The translations under genes and the position numbers were made by a program. From Bradymonadia bacterium (GTDB lineage Bacteria > Myxococcota_A > Bradymonadia > UBA7976 > UBA1532), in contig JBKAGE010000075.1 in assembly GCA_046290225.1 (NCBI GenBank), positions 96,001 to 160,000 of the forward strand: a stretch of 64,000 bases of DNA, given 5' to 3'. Positions within the stretch are counted from its first letter, which is position 1; each line of letters opens with the position of its first letter. Shown piece by piece: positions 53,640 through 63,524 of the stretch. Below the pieces are notes generated by a model, which did not search any database, was not told where the DNA came from, and was given only the letters and a program-made list of their open reading frames with translations.

Positions 53640-55020
53640 GGCTTTGCCCCCGAGCTTGAGCTCCGGAGACATCCCTCTGGTGCATCTGCACGGCCGCTCG
53701 GTGATCATGGCCCTCGCCGAGCTGTGCGGAGGTCGGGGCACCCCTGATCCACGTGTGGTGGCGCGGTTGATCCAATCCGCGCAGATGATCGAGCGCGATG
53801 GGCCGGTGCGGGTGATGGTGCACCTGAGGCTGCCCCGCATCAACGAGCAGGCCTTGTGGCTCACCGCAGAAGACATCGAGGTGCTGTCGCCACTGTTCGA
53901 GCGTCTGGAGGCTCGTCAGGCCGGTGGCTGGTCCATACCGCCTCACCTGACGATGGAGGCGGTGCGAGATCACTTCACCGCCCTGGTCACCGGTGAGCCC
54001 CTCCCAGAGGGGCCTCACCACATGCGGCTCTTGCCTCGCCGTCATCTCCCAGGGGAGATCCAGGCCCCACGGGGGGCCCAGGCGATCTGGGCGTTCTCAC
54101 AGGCTGTGGCAGAGACCGCCAGGGTGCTGAACCGCAGGCCCATAGACCTGCGTAGGGCCCGAAGGGTGGTGGCGCTGCTCAGAGATGTGCTTGAGATCGA
54201 GGGCGACTTCATGACCGCCCTTCTGCTCAAGCCACCACCAGGACCGAGCGTGAGCCGCCGTGCTGTGGAGACGGCGGCACTCACGTTGAAGTTCGCCAGA
54301 GCGCTCTCGCTGCCCTCGGAGACTGTCAACGCCCTGGGCCTCTCGGCTTTGTTGCACCCTGCCGGGCAGGCCTGGGTAGACGACATCCCGAAGGGCCTGT
54401 TCGACGCCGCTGAGCTGAGGCACACCCTGGCGCTGGCTCAGCTCTGGTCGCAGAGCCGCTGGACGCCGAGCTTGATGCGGCGTGTCTCCACTGCGGTGGA
54501 GCATGCTCTGGGTCCAGCGGGTCGAGGGGCACCCCGACTCGGCGGCGCTCCGCCCCCGCTCCACTGCAGCCGATTGCTGGCTCTGATCTCGCTGTGGCTG
54601 GAGCTTGTGCAGGGGTCGACCTTTGCGGATCCGGTGACGCCCTTCGAAGCGGGGCTCACCTTGTTGAGGCGCCCTCCGGCACACCTGGGTGGCGTCCTGG
54701 TGAACACCTTCATCGCCACTGTGGGCCTGATGCCCGTGGGGGCGATGATGGCCCTGGGGAACCATCACCTCGGGGTGGTGGTGGGGATCGATGGCTCGCC
54801 CCTTCAGCCTCAGGGGCTGAGCACCAGAGTGCGGGTGATCGACACACGCCACCAGCCCGAGCCAGACGAGATCCTGGTGTGCGAGGGGGCCTGGGGCCAT
54901 GAGCACCGACCGCTGCGTCGTCTGATCCTGGGCCCCGACTCCTGGCGCTGGCGGGCCCTGGTGCCTGACCAGGCAGCCATGAGCCGCGCCCTCGGTGTGC
55001 CTGAGTTTTCAGCCACTTGA
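53632..55020 (+). CDS. Degenerate HD-GYP-like protein
   Basis: LRRARRVV, LGLSALLHPAG (HD to HP), VEHALG, SRLLALI, LVNTFIATVGLMPVG; overlaps the HEAT gene stop. Confidence 0.65.
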   Translation: MTEALPPSLSSGDIPLVHLHGRSVIMALAELCGGRGTPDPRVVARLIQSAQMIERDGPVRVMVHLRLPRINEQALWLTAEDIEVLSPLFERLEARQAGGWSIPPHLTMEAVRDHFTALVTGEPLPEGPHHMRLLPRRHLPGEIQAPRGAQAIWAFSQAVAETARVLNRRPIDLRRARRVVALLRDVLEIEGDFMTALLLKPPPGPSVSRRAVETAALTLKFARALSLPSETVNALGLSALLHPAGQAWVDDIPKGLFDAAELRHTLALAQLWSQSRWTPSLMRRVSTAVEHALGPAGRGAPRLGGAPPPLHCSRLLALISLWLELVQGSTFADPVTPFEAGLTLLRRPPAHLGGVLVNTFIATVGLMPVGAMMALGNHHLGVVVGIDGSPLQPQGLSTRVRVIDTRHQPEPDEILVCEGAWGHEHRPLRRLILGPDSWRWRALVPDQAAMSRALGVPEFSAT

Positions 55021-55074
55021 GGCTGGGTGGGTTTTCTTCTTGACCCGAGGCGGAGCAGAGCAGACATCTGGGTT

Positions 55075-55626
55075 ATGTCGTTCTCCACTGCACCAGGCAT
55101 CCTGATCGCCGTCCCACAGCTCACCGATCCCAACTTCCATCGTTCGGTGGTGGTGATGATCGAGCACAACCACGAGGGGGCCGTGGGGCTGGTGATCAAT
55201 CAGCCCACCCAACATCGCAACGCCGAGATCACCCGCAACCTCGATCTGCACTGGCCGGGCGCTCCGGATGCGCGACTGCTCAAAGGCGGCCCCGTAGAGC
55301 CTCACAGTCTCTGGATTCTCCACGAAGATGGCTGGTGTTTCGAAGAGACGGTGCAGGTGTGCTCAGGGGTGGCGGTGAGCCGAAGTCGTGAAGCCCTGCA
55401 TCGCATGTGCAGGGCAGAAGAAGAGTGCATGTTGCTCGTGGTGGGGTATGCCGGCTGGAGCCCCGGCCAGCTCGAGAACGAGATCGCCCAGGGTGCGTGG
55501 ATCACCAGCGAAGCGAGCACCGATCTGGTGTTTCAGTGGCCCCGCGAAGATCTCTGGAGGCGTTCTCTGGGCATCATGGGGATCGATCCGGCTCACCTGG
55601 TCGAGGGCGGCCGGGTGCTCAACTGA
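55075..55626 (+). CDS. yqgE: YqgE/AlgH family protein
   Basis: LIA.P.L.DPNF.RSVV, GAVGLVINQP, GGPV, GYAGWSPGQLE.EI. Confidence 0.92.
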   Translation: MSFSTAPGILIAVPQLTDPNFHRSVVVMIEHNHEGAVGLVINQPTQHRNAEITRNLDLHWPGAPDARLLKGGPVEPHSLWILHEDGWCFEETVQVCSGVAVSRSREALHRMCRAEEECMLLVVGYAGWSPGQLENEIAQGAWITSEASTDLVFQWPREDLWRRSLGIMGIDPAHLVEGGRVLN

Positions 55627-55636
55627 GCCTGACGGG

Positions 55637-56314
55637 TCAGATCTTCGGATGCAGCGCGCGGGCGGTGCCGTACTGGAGCGCGTGGCGAATGCGTACGGCG
55701 AGGGCGTCGCTGGCGGCGCCGAACTCGAGACCGAGTCGCTTGTATTCTCCGCTCTGATGCACTGAGCGTACATGGGCAGGCAGCTGCAATTGCTCCTGGT
55801 CGAAGCTGAGATGGACCACCAACGTTTCGCCGGCGCCGAGGGCCTCGGGCCCCGTGACCTTCACGCCTACACCCCCCATGGAGATGTCGAGCCCCTGAGC
55901 AGGGTAGAGATCACCGTCGTGTTCGAGGGTGATTTGTGCCCCGAGGGTGGAGTCCACCCGGATGCTCTCTCGCCCAGGCCAGAAGATGACCTGGGCTGGG
56001 CGCTCGAGCCTGAGCTGCCCGCCCTCGGTGCTCTGCACTCGACTGCGGAAGGCGGCATAGCGCAGCTCGCGGTGGTAGCTGATCGACACGGGCTGCCCCA
56101 GGCCAATGGAGAAAGGGCCTTCGGGGATCAGCGTCAGCGGCCCCTGATAGCGCACCACCTCGAGGCGCCCGTCATCGACGGCGAGCAGCACTTCTTTGCC
56201 CTCGAGGGCGGCGAGGATACGCTGCACCACCAGTGGCTCTCGGGATTGCTCCGCGCCATCGACGTTGTGCAGAAACGGATCAAAGCGATTGCGTCGGCTG
56301 CTCGAGTCGGCCAT
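55637..56314 (-). CDS. PilZ-domain (YcgR-like) c-di-GMP receptor
   Basis: Intact RxxxR (RESIR) and DxSxxG (DISMGG) motifs, C-terminal RLGLEF; start 56314 or 56332. Confidence 0.82.
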   Translation of the reverse strand: MADSSSRRNRFDPFLHNVDGAEQSREPLVVQRILAALEGKEVLLAVDDGRLEVVRYQGPLTLIPEGPFSIGLGQPVSISYHRELRYAAFRSRVQSTEGGQLRLERPAQVIFWPGRESIRVDSTLGAQITLEHDGDLYPAQGLDISMGGVGVKVTGPEALGAGETLVVHLSFDQEQLQLPAHVRSVHQSGEYKRLGLEFGAASDALAVRIRHALQYGTARALHPKI

Positions 56315-56439
56315 GGGCGCTCCCTGAGGCATGAGAGAGGAGGTCGACGCCCGTCGAGTGAGGGCGTCGACCGTGCACTACAAAATGGGTCAACGGAAAT
56401 CGTGCCGATGCCCTTGAGACTGATTGAGCGTGTGACCTG

Positions 56440-57609
56440 ATGACTGTGAACCGAACCTGGTGTGAGGTCAACTCGACGGCCCTGGCGGCGAACATCGATG
56501 TCCTCAAGGGGCACCTCAGACCCGGCATCATGGTCGCACCGACGGTGAAGGGGGGTGCCTATGGTCACGGCATCCCTCTCGCTGCGCGGGCCTTCATCGA
56601 CGGGGGGGCCCAATGGCTCTGTGTCGACAGCCTCGATGAAGCCCGAGTGGTCCGGGATCACGGCATCGACGTGCCGATCCACGTGACGGGCTATGTGCCT
56701 CTTGACGATCTTGCCGAGGCCGCCGCCCTCGACCTGCGTTTGATCGTCTACACCCGGGAGACCATCGATCGTCTCGCCGCCCTCGACGTAGAGGCCCGCG
56801 TGCACTTGAAGCTCGAGACGGGTAATCACCGACAGGGTGTGTGTGGCGAAGAAGCCCTCGATCTTGCCGATCGTGTGCGTCGGGCGCCGCACTTGACCCT
56901 GGAGGGGGTGTCGAGCCACTTCGCCAACATCGAAGACACCACAGATCACAGCTACGCGCGCAGTCAGCTGGCCCGATTCGAAGCGGAGATCGCGGCCCTC
57001 GAGGCGGCAGGACACACCTTCGAGATGCGTCACCTCTCCAACAGCGCCGCGACGCTGCTCTGGGCGGGGCAGAAGCTCGAGATGGTGCGGGTGGGCATCG
57101 CCGCGTATGGACTATGGCCGTCTCGTGAGACCCGAGTGGCCACGCTGCTCACAGGCCAGACCCCCCTGGCGCTCACACCGGCCCTCACCTGGAAGACCCG
57201 AATCGCTCAGGTGAAGTGGGTGCCCGAGGGGGCCTACATCGGCTATGGCTGTACCCACCGCACCACACATCGCACGCGGCTGGCCATCCTCCCGGTGGGG
57301 TACTACGACGGTTATGATCGTGGGCTGAGCAACATGGCCCATGTGCTCATCGGCGGCCGCAGAGCGCCTGTTCGAGGTCGGGTGTGCATGAACATCACCA
57401 TGGTGGACGTGACGCACATCCCCGACGTGCACTTGGAGCAGGAAGTGGTGTTGTTGGGGCGGCAGGGTGATGAGGTGATCACCGCGAGCATGCTCGCCGA
57501 CTGGGCAGGGACCATCCACTACGAGATGATCACGCGCATCGCCGATCACGTTCCGAGAGTGGACTGCCCCGAGGATCTCAGCGGGGTGGGGGATCGAGGG
57601 CCAGCCTGA
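56440..57609 (+). CDS. alr: Alanine racemase
   Basis: VKGGAYGHG, HLKLETGNHRQG, SHFA, SNSAA, IGYG, GYYDG, GRVCMN, TIHYE. Confidence 0.95.
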   Translation: MTVNRTWCEVNSTALAANIDVLKGHLRPGIMVAPTVKGGAYGHGIPLAARAFIDGGAQWLCVDSLDEARVVRDHGIDVPIHVTGYVPLDDLAEAAALDLRLIVYTRETIDRLAALDVEARVHLKLETGNHRQGVCGEEALDLADRVRRAPHLTLEGVSSHFANIEDTTDHSYARSQLARFEAEIAALEAAGHTFEMRHLSNSAATLLWAGQKLEMVRVGIAAYGLWPSRETRVATLLTGQTPLALTPALTWKTRIAQVKWVPEGAYIGYGCTHRTTHRTRLAILPVGYYDGYDRGLSNMAHVLIGGRRAPVRGRVCMNITMVDVTHIPDVHLEQEVVLLGRQGDEVITASMLADWAGTIHYEMITRIADHVPRVDCPEDLSGVGDRGPA

Positions 57610-59998
57610 AGCCGATGTCGTCTACCTGGGCCTCTCGATGCACGAACTGGCGGCTGGCCAGATGGCATGTGGCACGGTGACTGCGGAAGCTGCCGCCCTT
57701 GACCACTTGATGACGGGCATCTCGGGGGTGGGCGGTGGCGGTCCACTCCTTGATGCCCCCCACCATATCTCTCACCCCGTACGGGCTCTCGTCCTGAGGG
57801 TTGCCCACGGGGGCAAGTACACCGCCCTCAGGGCCTTCGGCACAGCTGCAGAAGGTGGGCTCCCAGGCATCGCCCCAGCTGTACGCGCGGCCTTCGGGGC
57901 CCCGAGCGGCTTTCTCCCACTCGTGCTCACGGGGCAAGCGCCAGGGCTGTCCGTCTATCTGTTGTCGCCAGCGACAGTAGGCCTCAGCGGAGGCGAGATT
58001 GATCCCAGTGACCGGCGTGGGGCCAGGCAGGGTGAAATACCAGCGACCACTGGTGCCCAGCTGCCAGATGCCGTCGAGATCGCTGCCCTTGGGCACATGC
58101 TCCGCAGCGCTCTGGGGGTCCTGCGTGTAGAGGGCGTTGAGGAAGTCTGCATACGCCGAGAGCGTCACCGGCTCTCGAGCCACCATACACGTCTCCACCC
58201 GCAAGCGCGCCCGGGGGCGGGCCGAGAGCTCACGGGCCGAGGCCCCGAGCATGGCGGGCCCACCAGGGATCAGCGCCATCTGCTCCGGCAAGGCCCCTAT
58301 GGGCCAGAGGGTGGGACGCAGCTCCACTGACTCCTGGCGGCCCACTTCGAAGGGCATGCGCAGGGTGTCGTACCCCTCGAGCTCCAACACAGCGAGGTAG
58401 ACACCTCGAGGCAACGGGTCGAGGGCCAGCGGCGTGGGACCACAGCGCTGGGGGTGCCCGGGGACCTGTCGGCGGCCCTCGTCGTGCACGCGGTAGAGCG
58501 TCATCTGCGCCCCAGGCGGATCACTCACCACTACGAGAGCACCCTGGCCCTCGAGGGCAGGTGACAGCGCCCCCTGAGGATCGTGCAGCGCCGCCAGGGC
58601 CTTGAACACCCCCATGGCGCTGTGATCCTGCAGGCGCTCTGCTTCGAGGAACCGGTACCAGTAGATGTCGCGCAGGCCCTCTCGGGCCTCGCGGTGGTCA
58701 GGCGACTCCGCGAGGATCTGGGCATAGCGGGAGACCGCGTGCTCAAAGGCTTGATCCACCTCAAGCCGGAGGCTCTTCAGATGATCCTCCAGGTGCCAGA
58801 TGCGCTCCACTTCGCTGTGCAGATCAGTGGGCAGGCGCTCCGACATGGCCTCGGCGAACTCTCGAGCGGCCCGTCGCCGGCGACGGGACAGGTCTCGAAA
58901 TTGCTGCATGGCCCGGTGCGCCTCGCGCAGGGTGTGTTGGGTGCCTCTCAGGCGGTGCATGCCCGTGCGGCTGCCCGGGGTCATCGCCGCCTCGATCTCG
59001 TCGCGGAGTTCCAGAGGTGTGGTGTATCGGGCTTCGGGATCCCGCGCCAGACATCGCAACACCACGGCATCAAGCTCAGGGGGGATCTCGCGCTCAGGGG
59101 CGGCCTCACTCGGCGGGGTCACCACGCTCTCGCGCACCCGGCGGAGGATCTCCTGCACCGAGTTGCCCGTGTGTGGGGGCTGACCCGTGAGGATCTCGTA
59201 GAGCACGGTGCCCAAACTGTAGATGTCGGAGTGCGGGCCGAGCACATCGATGAGCCCCATGGCCTGCTCGGGGCTCATATAGGCCGGGGTGCCGGTGATC
59301 TCGCCCATGCGGGTGCGATACGACTCGTCTTTGTTTCGACCGCCCACCATGGGCTCGGCGACGTCGGTGGTGATGATCTTCGCCAGGCCCCAGTCCATGA
59401 CGAAGACCTCACCAAACTCACCGAGCATGATGTTCTCGGGCTTGAGATCGCGATGGATCACCCCACGGTTGTGGGCATAGGCCACCGCCATGCAGACCTG
59501 GATGAACAGGTTGAGCAGTCGCACACGGCTGAAGCGGCTGACCAGCACAGGATCGCCATCGCGCACCCCGTCGAGGATGGCCTTGAGCGTGCGCCCTTCG
59601 ATGAGCTGCATGGTGAAGAAGGGCCGGTCGTCGTCGCCCATCCTGATCTCGTGCACGGGCACGATGGAGGGGTGGGCCAGCTGAGCGGTGATGCGGGCCT
59701 CTTCGAGGAATCGAGCGGCGGCACCGGGCACGGGGCCCTTGGGGTCGAGGATCTTGAGGGCTACGCGACGCTGAAGAGTGAGATCACGGGCGATTTGGAT
59801 GGCGCCCATATTGCCCCGGGCGAGATCGCTCTCGATCTCGTAGGCGGTCTGACGAGGCAGCTCGATGGGCAGCACGGCGTCGGCGTCCCAGCCCCGATCG
59901 CTCGAGGCATCGCTGAGCACCTCGGTCCCGCTGCCCGCGGCGACGCTCGGCGGCAGGGTCCCCTTGATGGTGGGGCGATGTCGATCGTGATCATCCAT
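57578..59998 (-). CDS. Ser/Thr protein kinase with a C-terminal FGE-sulfatase domain
   Basis: VALK, HRDLKPEN, DWG, GTPAYMSPEQ; RLPREHEWEKAARG, SPYGVRDMVG...EW, IGFRL. Confidence 0.93.
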   Translation of the reverse strand: MDDHDRHRPTIKGTLPPSVAAGSGTEVLSDASSDRGWDADAVLPIELPRQTAYEIESDLARGNMGAIQIARDLTLQRRVALKILDPKGPVPGAAARFLEEARITAQLAHPSIVPVHEIRMGDDDRPFFTMQLIEGRTLKAILDGVRDGDPVLVSRFSRVRLLNLFIQVCMAVAYAHNRGVIHRDLKPENIMLGEFGEVFVMDWGLAKIITTDVAEPMVGGRNKDESYRTRMGEITGTPAYMSPEQAMGLIDVLGPHSDIYSLGTVLYEILTGQPPHTGNSVQEILRRVRESVVTPPSEAAPEREIPPELDAVVLRCLARDPEARYTTPLELRDEIEAAMTPGSRTGMHRLRGTQHTLREAHRAMQQFRDLSRRRRRAAREFAEAMSERLPTDLHSEVERIWHLEDHLKSLRLEVDQAFEHAVSRYAQILAESPDHREAREGLRDIYWYRFLEAERLQDHSAMGVFKALAALHDPQGALSPALEGQGALVVVSDPPGAQMTLYRVHDEGRRQVPGHPQRCGPTPLALDPLPRGVYLAVLELEGYDTLRMPFEVGRQESVELRPTLWPIGALPEQMALIPGGPAMLGASARELSARPRARLRVETCMVAREPVTLSAYADFLNALYTQDPQSAAEHVPKGSDLDGIWQLGTSGRWYFTLPGPTPVTGINLASAEAYCRWRQQIDGQPWRLPREHEWEKAARGPEGRAYSWGDAWEPTFCSCAEGPEGGVLAPVGNPQDESPYGVRDMVGGIKEWTATAHPRDARHQVVKGGSFRSHRATCHLASRQFVHREAQVDDIGFRLALDPPPR

Positions 59999-60025
59999 GG
60001 AGGAGCATCTTAGAGCACATTGGGG

Positions 60026-60394
60026 TCAGGGGTCAGACTTTCCTTGAGCGGGCTGACTCGACACCGCCGCTGAGGCGATCTCCGCAGCGGCAGAGCGCCG
60101 CCCGCAGCGGCGGCAGTGCACGCCCATGGGCAGGCGGCCTTGAGCCCACAGCTCCGTCTCTGTGGATCCACAGGCCGGGCATGGATGGCCTGGCAGCTCA
60201 GCAACGGGTATCCCGCCGACCTCTCGTACGGGCTTGACGATGGCGCGCCACATCCAACCCAGAGCCCCGATCATGGCGAGGTCGATGGTGACAGACAGCC
60301 AGGTGGGCGCGCCGAGAGGCCAGGGGGCGATGGCGACGAGCAGCAACAGCGGAAGTACGGCACACATGTGCTGGGAGCCTAACACGATCCTCAT
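60026..60394 (-). CDS. Small membrane protein with a C-terminal zinc ribbon
   Basis: Two hydrophobic helices, then CPAC...CRRC; start uncertain (60394 or 60367). Confidence 0.6.
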   Translation of the reverse strand: MRIVLGSQHMCAVLPLLLLVAIAPWPLGAPTWLSVTIDLAMIGALGWMWRAIVKPVREVGGIPVAELPGHPCPACGSTETELWAQGRLPMGVHCRRCGRRSAAAEIASAAVSSQPAQGKSDP

Positions 60395-60419
60395 CGGTGA
60401 TCGTGGTAGGCTGCCCCCC

Positions 60420-63400
60420 ATGAACAGTCCTTTTGATTCTGCCTCTTCCCAGGTGCCTCGACGCCCTCATCTGAGCCGGTGGCTGCCTTGCCTCTGCTTC
60501 GCGCTGTGGGGCTGCCTGCCGGATGATCCGCCCGAAGTGCTCTCCGCGGCTCCGCAGGAGGGCACCGGACCCATGGTGGTCTTCGAAATGAAGGCCACCC
60601 CGATCCCCGACGTGCCGTTTCCCAACGACCTGCTCACGCGACCTGATCCCGACTCGACGACGGGCCTGCGGCTCAACCTGTCGATCCAGGCCCCCACGGC
60701 AGCCAACCGCTCGATGCGGCGACGCCTGCTCGAGCTCGACGGCTTCGGTTTGAGCGGCCAGATCACCGTGCGCTTCGACGCCCCCGTCGACGTAACGCTG
60801 CTCCGTGGTGTCGGTCGTGCCTACGTCGATGACCCCTTGTGGGTGATCGACCTCACCGAGGGGGCTCACTTCGGAGAGCGGATCCCCCTCGACCTGGGTC
60901 GGGGCAACTTCCCCCTCGTGGTGCATGATCCCGACGGCTCGTTTCCCCGAGATCCACGGGCTGGGGAGCCCAACCTGATCTTCGAGACGGTGGCGGAGGA
61001 TCTCGATGGGGATGGGCAGCTTGGCCCTCTCGAAGATGGCGACGGCGACGGGGTGCTCGATCAGCCCAACGTGTTCTCCGAGGGGGGAGATTCGGTGGAC
61101 GATCTCGTAGATTTCTACGAGAAGGAGACCGACACCCTGATCCTCCGGCCCGTGGTGCCTCTGCGCCCAGGGCACACCTACGCCGTGGTGATCACCGATC
61201 AGGTCCGTGGCGTGGACGGCCAGCCGGTGCGCTCACCCTTTCCCTTCATTCATCACAGCCGTCAGTTCGCCACCCTCAAGGCGTTGCCTCAAGCCCTCGC
61301 CGATCACGGCCTGGATCTACAGTCTGTGGCATTCACTTGGGCCTTCACCACTCAAACGGCGACACGGGCGCTGCTCGATCTACGCCATGGCCTCGTGGGT
61401 CAGGGGCCCTTCGAGGCCCTCGAAGACGTGTTCCCGCCGGGGGTGACGGCCATCGAGGTGCTCAAAGATCAAGGCACGCCTGAGCCTCTGCTGCTCCGCA
61501 CCGAAGATCTCGAGTCCCTGCTCGATGCTGCCGGTGAGATCCTGCTCGGAGGGACTGAGCTGGAGCGTGCCGGGGTGCGTCAGGCGGTGTCCACCATCGA
61601 CTATCTGGTGTCTGCGCGCTTCGTGGCGCCGGATCTCCTCATCGAGGAGCCCGAGGTGGACGAAAACGGCCTCATCGTCACGCAGGCCGAGGGCAACTTT
61701 GCCCCCGCACCGATTTTCCGACTCGACACCACAGCGATGACCGTGGAGGCGAGTGCCGCGACGGTACCCTTGTGGTGCGCTGTGCCCAAAGCCACAGACG
61801 TGCATCAGGCGCCGTTCCCCGTCGTGATGTATCAGCACAGTCTCGGGGCCACCGGGTTCGAGCTGATCCGCGTCGCTGGTCCGCTCACGGCGGGTGGCTT
61901 TGCGGTGTGCAGCATCGACGCCTACGGCCACGGTGCGGTCCTGTCAGATGCAGAAACACAAGCCCTGGAAACGGCCCTGGAGCCGCTGGGCATGGCCCCC
62001 TTCATCTCGGCGTTCATGGGCCTGCGTGCCCGGGACCTGAACAATGATGGTGTGCTCGATCCTGGAGCCGGCACCTTCACTGCTGATCCTTTCCGGACCC
62101 GGGACGTGCTGCGCCAGGGTGTGGTGGACGCGCTCCAGACCATTCGGGTGTTGCAGGGCTTCGACGGCTTCGCCGGTTGGGCTCCGGCCCAGGGCGGTGG
62201 GGCAGGGGCCCTCGCCGGAGACTTCAATGGTGATGGCGTGGTGGACTTTGGGGGCCCCGGCGTGACCTATGCTGTGACCGGGCAGGGATACGGCGCCATG
62301 GTCGCCAGCATGGTGGGCGCAGTGGCCCCGGAGATCGACGCCACCGCGCTCATCTCTGGAGGCGGCGGTCTCACCGACATTGGCACCCGCACCCAGGACC
62401 GCTCGATTCTGCTCTCCGCCGTCGCCCAGATCATGGGGCCCTTGATCATCGGTGATCCGCCAGAGAGCAACTTCACCGCGCTTCGATTCTGGGTGCCCGA
62501 TGAAGACGCGCCTCGGGCAGCCTTCGCCCGTCTGCCACCGCTGGTGCCTGGTGACATGGTCCGGTTGGTGAACCTCACCTCAGGGGAGGCCCAGACCGCT
62601 ACAGTGGACGGTGAGGGTGGGTTCCACATCACGGTGGCTGCAGATGCCGTGCGGGCGCCGAAGATCTCGGCCACCCTGGCGAAGGTGCGCAACCAGCGCC
62701 AGCTGGCGGAGACGCCGCCATACACGCTCGACGCCGATGAAGTGACGGCCTTCGGTGATCCGCTGGCCCTGGAGGTGGTCGACGTCAACGGCAACCTGAA
62801 GCATCGCGTCGACGCCCTCGACAGTGTGATCAGCCACAATGGCCTGATCTACCCCGCCGGCAGCCCCCTCGTGGCCATCGAAGGGGGTATGGGCCTGCGC
62901 CGACAGACACCTGAGTTGCGTCGGTTCTTGATGCTGTACCAGACCGCTGTCGATCCCGGTGATCCGCTGATCTACGCCCGGGCCCATCTGCTTGAGCCCC
63001 GAGAGCTGGTGAGCCCGGCCCCGCTCACAGATCCCATGGCCGCGCCCCCGACGCCCACCCCTGGCTCCACGGAGAACAGCCCCCTGATGATCCTGGCCAC
63101 CGCCGGCGACTCGGTGCTGCCGGTCTCCTCAGCCGTGGCCCTGGGCCGCGCCGCGGGGGTGGTGTCCATCGACGAGCCCCTCGACGATCACAATGGCCGC
63201 ACCCCCAATGAGGTGCTCATCGATTACCGGGTGGTGGAAGGGGTGCCCCGCCTCGAGCGCTACGAAGGGGGGGGTCTCTTCGACGTGGACGATCTCAGCG
63301 ACGGCACTGACGGCTTCGAACTGCCCCGCCTCGATCCACCCCTGCGCTGGTCTGTGGAGACGCCTGGGGTGGGCACGTCATCGATTCGGGTGCCGGTGCT

Positions 63401-63506
63401 CGATCCGGAAGGTAGCCACGGGCTCACGGGGCCGCGGCCGGATCTGCCGTGGGATGGTCCCACGGCGCTGCTTGAGATGATGGTGGAGTTCTTTCAAGCG
63501 CAGTAG
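60420..63506 (+). CDS. Large lipoprotein with an alpha/beta-hydrolase-like domain
   Basis: Lipobox LWGC; PFPND, LDGFG, FPVVMYQH, IDAYGHG, TRDVLRQ..VD; nucleophile elbow reads GQGYG. Confidence 0.8.
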   Translation: MNSPFDSASSQVPRRPHLSRWLPCLCFALWGCLPDDPPEVLSAAPQEGTGPMVVFEMKATPIPDVPFPNDLLTRPDPDSTTGLRLNLSIQAPTAANRSMRRRLLELDGFGLSGQITVRFDAPVDVTLLRGVGRAYVDDPLWVIDLTEGAHFGERIPLDLGRGNFPLVVHDPDGSFPRDPRAGEPNLIFETVAEDLDGDGQLGPLEDGDGDGVLDQPNVFSEGGDSVDDLVDFYEKETDTLILRPVVPLRPGHTYAVVITDQVRGVDGQPVRSPFPFIHHSRQFATLKALPQALADHGLDLQSVAFTWAFTTQTATRALLDLRHGLVGQGPFEALEDVFPPGVTAIEVLKDQGTPEPLLLRTEDLESLLDAAGEILLGGTELERAGVRQAVSTIDYLVSARFVAPDLLIEEPEVDENGLIVTQAEGNFAPAPIFRLDTTAMTVEASAATVPLWCAVPKATDVHQAPFPVVMYQHSLGATGFELIRVAGPLTAGGFAVCSIDAYGHGAVLSDAETQALETALEPLGMAPFISAFMGLRARDLNNDGVLDPGAGTFTADPFRTRDVLRQGVVDALQTIRVLQGFDGFAGWAPAQGGGAGALAGDFNGDGVVDFGGPGVTYAVTGQGYGAMVASMVGAVAPEIDATALISGGGGLTDIGTRTQDRSILLSAVAQIMGPLIIGDPPESNFTALRFWVPDEDAPRAAFARLPPLVPGDMVRLVNLTSGEAQTATVDGEGGFHITVAADAVRAPKISATLAKVRNQRQLAETPPYTLDADEVTAFGDPLALEVVDVNGNLKHRVDALDSVISHNGLIYPAGSPLVAIEGGMGLRRQTPELRRFLMLYQTAVDPGDPLIYARAHLLEPRELVSPAPLTDPMAAPPTPTPGSTENSPLMILATAGDSVLPVSSAVALGRAAGVVSIDEPLDDHNGRTPNEVLIDYRVVEGVPRLERYEGGGLFDVDDLSDGTDGFELPRLDPPLRWSVETPGVGTSSIRVPVLDPEGSHGLTGPRPDLPWDGPTALLEMMVEFFQAQ

Positions 63507-63524
63507 AGCGGACGACCGCGCTGC

